Source: Alloascoidea hylecoeti (taxonomy: Eukaryota). Taken from it: a DNA stretch of 24,811 bases. The stretch spans positions 62,001-86,811 of the forward strand of contig BCKZ01000022.1 of the NCBI GenBank assembly GCA_001600815.1, written 5' to 3'. The position numbers were made by a program, and so were the translations under genes. A model generated the notes under the pieces. The model was not told where the DNA came from and searched no databases. It saw only the letters and a list, made by a program, of their open reading frames with translations. Positions 21,962 through 24,811 of this stretch are shown one piece after another; position 1 is the stretch's first letter; each line of letters begins with the position of its first letter.

Positions 21962-22956
21962 TTCTAGGAATTGATAATGGTATGTTCTGAGTTTACTTGT
22001 TCACACATGATCATTGATTGAATTTACTTCGCCAATGTTGTGAATTCAAACTAACAATTAAGATTCAACAATTCAATCCACACAATAAATTCTCACACCA
22101 CCATATCATATGGCTGCCACATGTGTTATATCATAATCATACTTAGCTACTAGCGATTTTAATTTTTTTCGCCTTCAAATTTATATTATGGGTTCCGGAA
22201 ATCATTATCTCCCTTGTTTGGATTTATTTAATTTTTTAAAGTTTAAAATTCGATAGAGTTTTCCTTCTATCCATGGTCACTACACTACTCTAGATCTGGA
22301 GGTGTCTTCCCCCCACCCTCTATATGTATGAGATTTCTATATCCCGGTTATTTCCTTTGATCTTGTCATCTTTTTTTTTCCTTTCTATTATTTGTTCAAT
22401 AAATTAATGAATTTTTTTTTTTTCATTTTCCTTTTTCAAAGTTTTTTTTTTTTGATAAAATACACAAAACATACACATAAAACATTTATTTTCCTTCTTT
22501 TTTTGTTGCCTTTAATTTTCTCTTTCATCTTTTGGTTAAGTGTTTACAAGGTTGAATTTCTTAGTTCCATATATATATTTAAATGTATATACCAATAAGG
22601 GTTTTTTTGTTATTCTACATATTTCATATTTCGTTTTTCATATTTCTTAATTTCATTTCGGTTCTATTTTTTATTTATTTATTTTAATGTGTAACTGATA
22701 TGAAAATGACTAGGTATATTCATGAAAATAAAAGTAGTATATACAATTTGGGTTTTTTTTATAAATAATCTTTCTCTTCTTCTTTACTGTCTTTTGTTCA
22801 CGAAAGTGTTAATAATTGAGGAATTCTTACCATTCATTCATTTATTTTTTAATGTCTTCTTTTTTCTAGTTTTTAAACTGATGGTTACATACTTATATTC
22901 TTTGCTATGTTTTACTGAGGGACAAATGAGGGTATAATTAGTTATGAGGTTATGGT

Positions 22957-22989
22957 GGGTCTGGTTTGGTTTGGTTTGGGTTTGGGTTT
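22957..22989. repeat. (GGTTT/GGGTTT)n short microsatellite
   Basis: gggtctggtttggtttggtttgggtttgggttt read directly. Confidence 0.6.
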
Positions 22990-23802
22990 CCTAATATTAT
23001 TTAAGTTTTAATTAGTTATATTAGATGTCGGATAATCAACTCATGACATTATAATTAGATTTTGTATTTACTTCTAATAGACTTCTATTATATGTATAAG
23101 ATGTTATAAGACTTTAGACTACTGATGTTACAGGTAGCCGCCAGTATATTGATAATCAATATTAATTATGATTGTACATGTAATTCCCCATCCACTATTA
23201 TAATTTAGTATTGTTATAATTATTATATTATTTTTAATTGATTTCAGCTAATTGCTAATTAGTAATTAATAATGATAAGTGGGAAAGACAACATTATATC
23301 CAATATTAATAATTATAATGAAAAAGCTTCACTGTTAAAGTGACTGATACAGTGTTTTTCTGAGTGTTACTATTGGAAAGACATATTATTATAGATCGCA
23401 AATTGTTGGTAAAATTTCAAGCACGATTGTCCTTTTTCCGCTTTGAATTGATGTTGTTCCCTGGCGTGAGCGATGGTTGAATTAAGGCAATTAAGTCTTA
23501 CACGTCGCGTGCTTTATGATATAAATTATCGGTGTCTTTGAAGGGTATACGTAGATCACAGGTTAGCATAGTTGCTGATGGATTTTTTTTTTTTTTTATA
23601 TTTATAAAAGAATCACTGATACATAATTATAAATACAATTCAATTGGCTATACGGGGGCTGATTAAGAAGGACAGATATAAAAGTTAACGCTACTAGTTA
23701 CTAGTAGTTGTAACTTTATTTATTTTATATAAGGAGTGAGTTCCCATAAATTTTCCTTCTAACTTTTTCAGCTTCACGCCAAATATACAGTCTTTGGACG
23801 CG

Positions 23803-24811
23803 ATGTCAATGCTTCGAAGAAAATCCCTGAAGCTGGTGATGTATGCTTCAGCCGCTTTCGTTTTGTGCCTGGTATTCCTCGCAATACCTAGCACAAGTCA
23901 CAAGGTATTTGTTGTAGTTGAAGATACAAAAGTTCTACAAGGTGTCGCCAAATCACAAAATGTCCTGAATATAAATCTTTTTAATAAGAATTCAATCACA
24001 AAAGAAAATTTTTATTTTGATATATTTACGACTTTTTTTAACTTTCGCCCAAAAATAGCACCGTTAAAAGATTATTCACAAAATTACGGACATGCACCAA
24101 CAGAACGGTTAAACCACAACAGTCCAATGACCGAGAAGTTTCTTGAGCGGTTTCTTCAAATAAACCAAACGGAAATTGATTCATTATCACAGTCATTACG
24201 CGATATAAATAACACTATTCCGTCTGCTCCACCACCAAATCTCTATGAAGAAGGTAATGGAATAGTTTATGTAGGAGGTGGGAAATATAGCTGGCTTACT
24301 CTTGTTTCTATTAAAACTTTACGGTCCTATGGTTCTAAATTACCAATAGAAGTCTTAATACCAACACTCGATGAAGAATCAAAAATATTATGTCATGAGA
24401 TCTTTCCTTCTTTAAACGCAACCTGTTTAANTCTTCCTGAAATTATTGGTGCTAAAACTACTACTCTAATAAAACCAGAAGATATGACCTTTCAATATAA
24501 GCCGTTATCAATTCTTTTATCATCATTTGAAAATGTTTTATACTTGGATTCTGATAATATTCCAGTAAGGAATTTAGATTACTTATTTGAAAGTAAGCCA
24601 TTTACTCTTACAAATTTCATTACATGGCCTGATTTTTGGAGAAGAACAATGCATCCATCATTTTTAAAAATGATGAATATTCCTATTTCGAATCAAACTA
24701 CTATTTTGAACCCTTCAACAAAAGAAAGAATAGATTTGAGTCTTATTGATAGAATCCCCAATTTATCAGATCCATCAACTGAATCTGGTCAAATTATGAT
24801 TTCTAAGAAGA
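23803..24811 (+). CDS. Alpha-1,2-mannosyltransferase, GT71 Mnn2/Mnn5 family; 3' end runs off the window
   Basis: Open frame from ATG 23803 to the window end. Type II anchor MSMLRRKSLKLVMYASAAFVLCLVFLAI, then GNGIVYVGGGKYSWL, GSKLPIEVLIP, FQYKPLSILLSSFENVLYLDSDNIP (DxD), WPDFWRRT and DPSTESGQIMISKK. One N base at 24431. Absent from the ORF track because it has no stop inside the window. MNN2 versus MNN5 cannot be resolved. Confidence 0.92.
   Translation, partial: MSMLRRKSLKLVMYASAAFVLCLVFLAIPSTSHKVFVVVEDTKVLQGVAKSQNVLNINLFNKNSITKENFYFDIFTTFFNFRPKIAPLKDYSQNYGHAPTERLNHNSPMTEKFLERFLQINQTEIDSLSQSLRDINNTIPSAPPPNLYEEGNGIVYVGGGKYSWLTLVSIKTLRSYGSKLPIEVLIPTLDEESKILCHEIFPSLNATCLXLPEIIGAKTTTLIKPEDMTFQYKPLSILLSSFENVLYLDSDNIPVRNLDYLFESKPFTLTNFITWPDFWRRTMHPSFLKMMNIPISNQTTILNPSTKERIDLSLIDRIPNLSDPSTESGQIMISKK

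Noticed and set aside
21947..21995. Possible frameshift extending the YLR049C-like protein past KFKW (an alternative frame gives ILGID)
   Set aside because: No slippery site, and the match to the recalled homologue's tail is poor.
22392..22937. Phe/Ile/Leu-rich short ORFs (also 6734-6943, 17086-17448, and antisense ORFs inside real genes)
   Set aside because: By-products of poly-T or poly-A tracts and of antisense frames of real CDSs; no motifs.
22957..22989. GGTTT/GGGTTT run as an interstitial telomere
   Set aside because: Only about 6 irregular units, and this species' telomere repeat is unknown; treated as a microsatellite.

Overview
Very AT-rich fungal nuclear DNA from a budding yeast (Saccharomycotina-like; CTG appears to encode Leu). 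I can support six protein-coding genes: CCC2 (Cu P1B-ATPase, +), YJU3 (monoglyceride lipase, -), AMN1 (LRR mitotic-exit antagonist, +), a spliced tail-anchored Mps2/Kms-like EF-hand protein (-), a divergently transcribed spliced YLR049C-like C4 zinc-finger protein (+), and the 5' part of an MNN2/MNN5-family mannosyltransferase (+) that the ORF track missed. The ORF track truncates both divergent genes because each has a short 5' intron. The most unusual observation is that both introns lack a canonical CTRAC branch site. Instead they share a T|GTATGTTG donor, a GC-rich GCCYGGCCT element and an ACTAAAC branch-like motif, which hints at a variant or co-regulated splicing signal (only two examples, untested). 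The long intergenic regions contain a decayed ~1.27 kb Tc1/mariner element with recognisable TIRs and TA flanks, an unrelated 167 bp MITE, and weaker relics. All homology calls come from recalled family motifs, not database searches.
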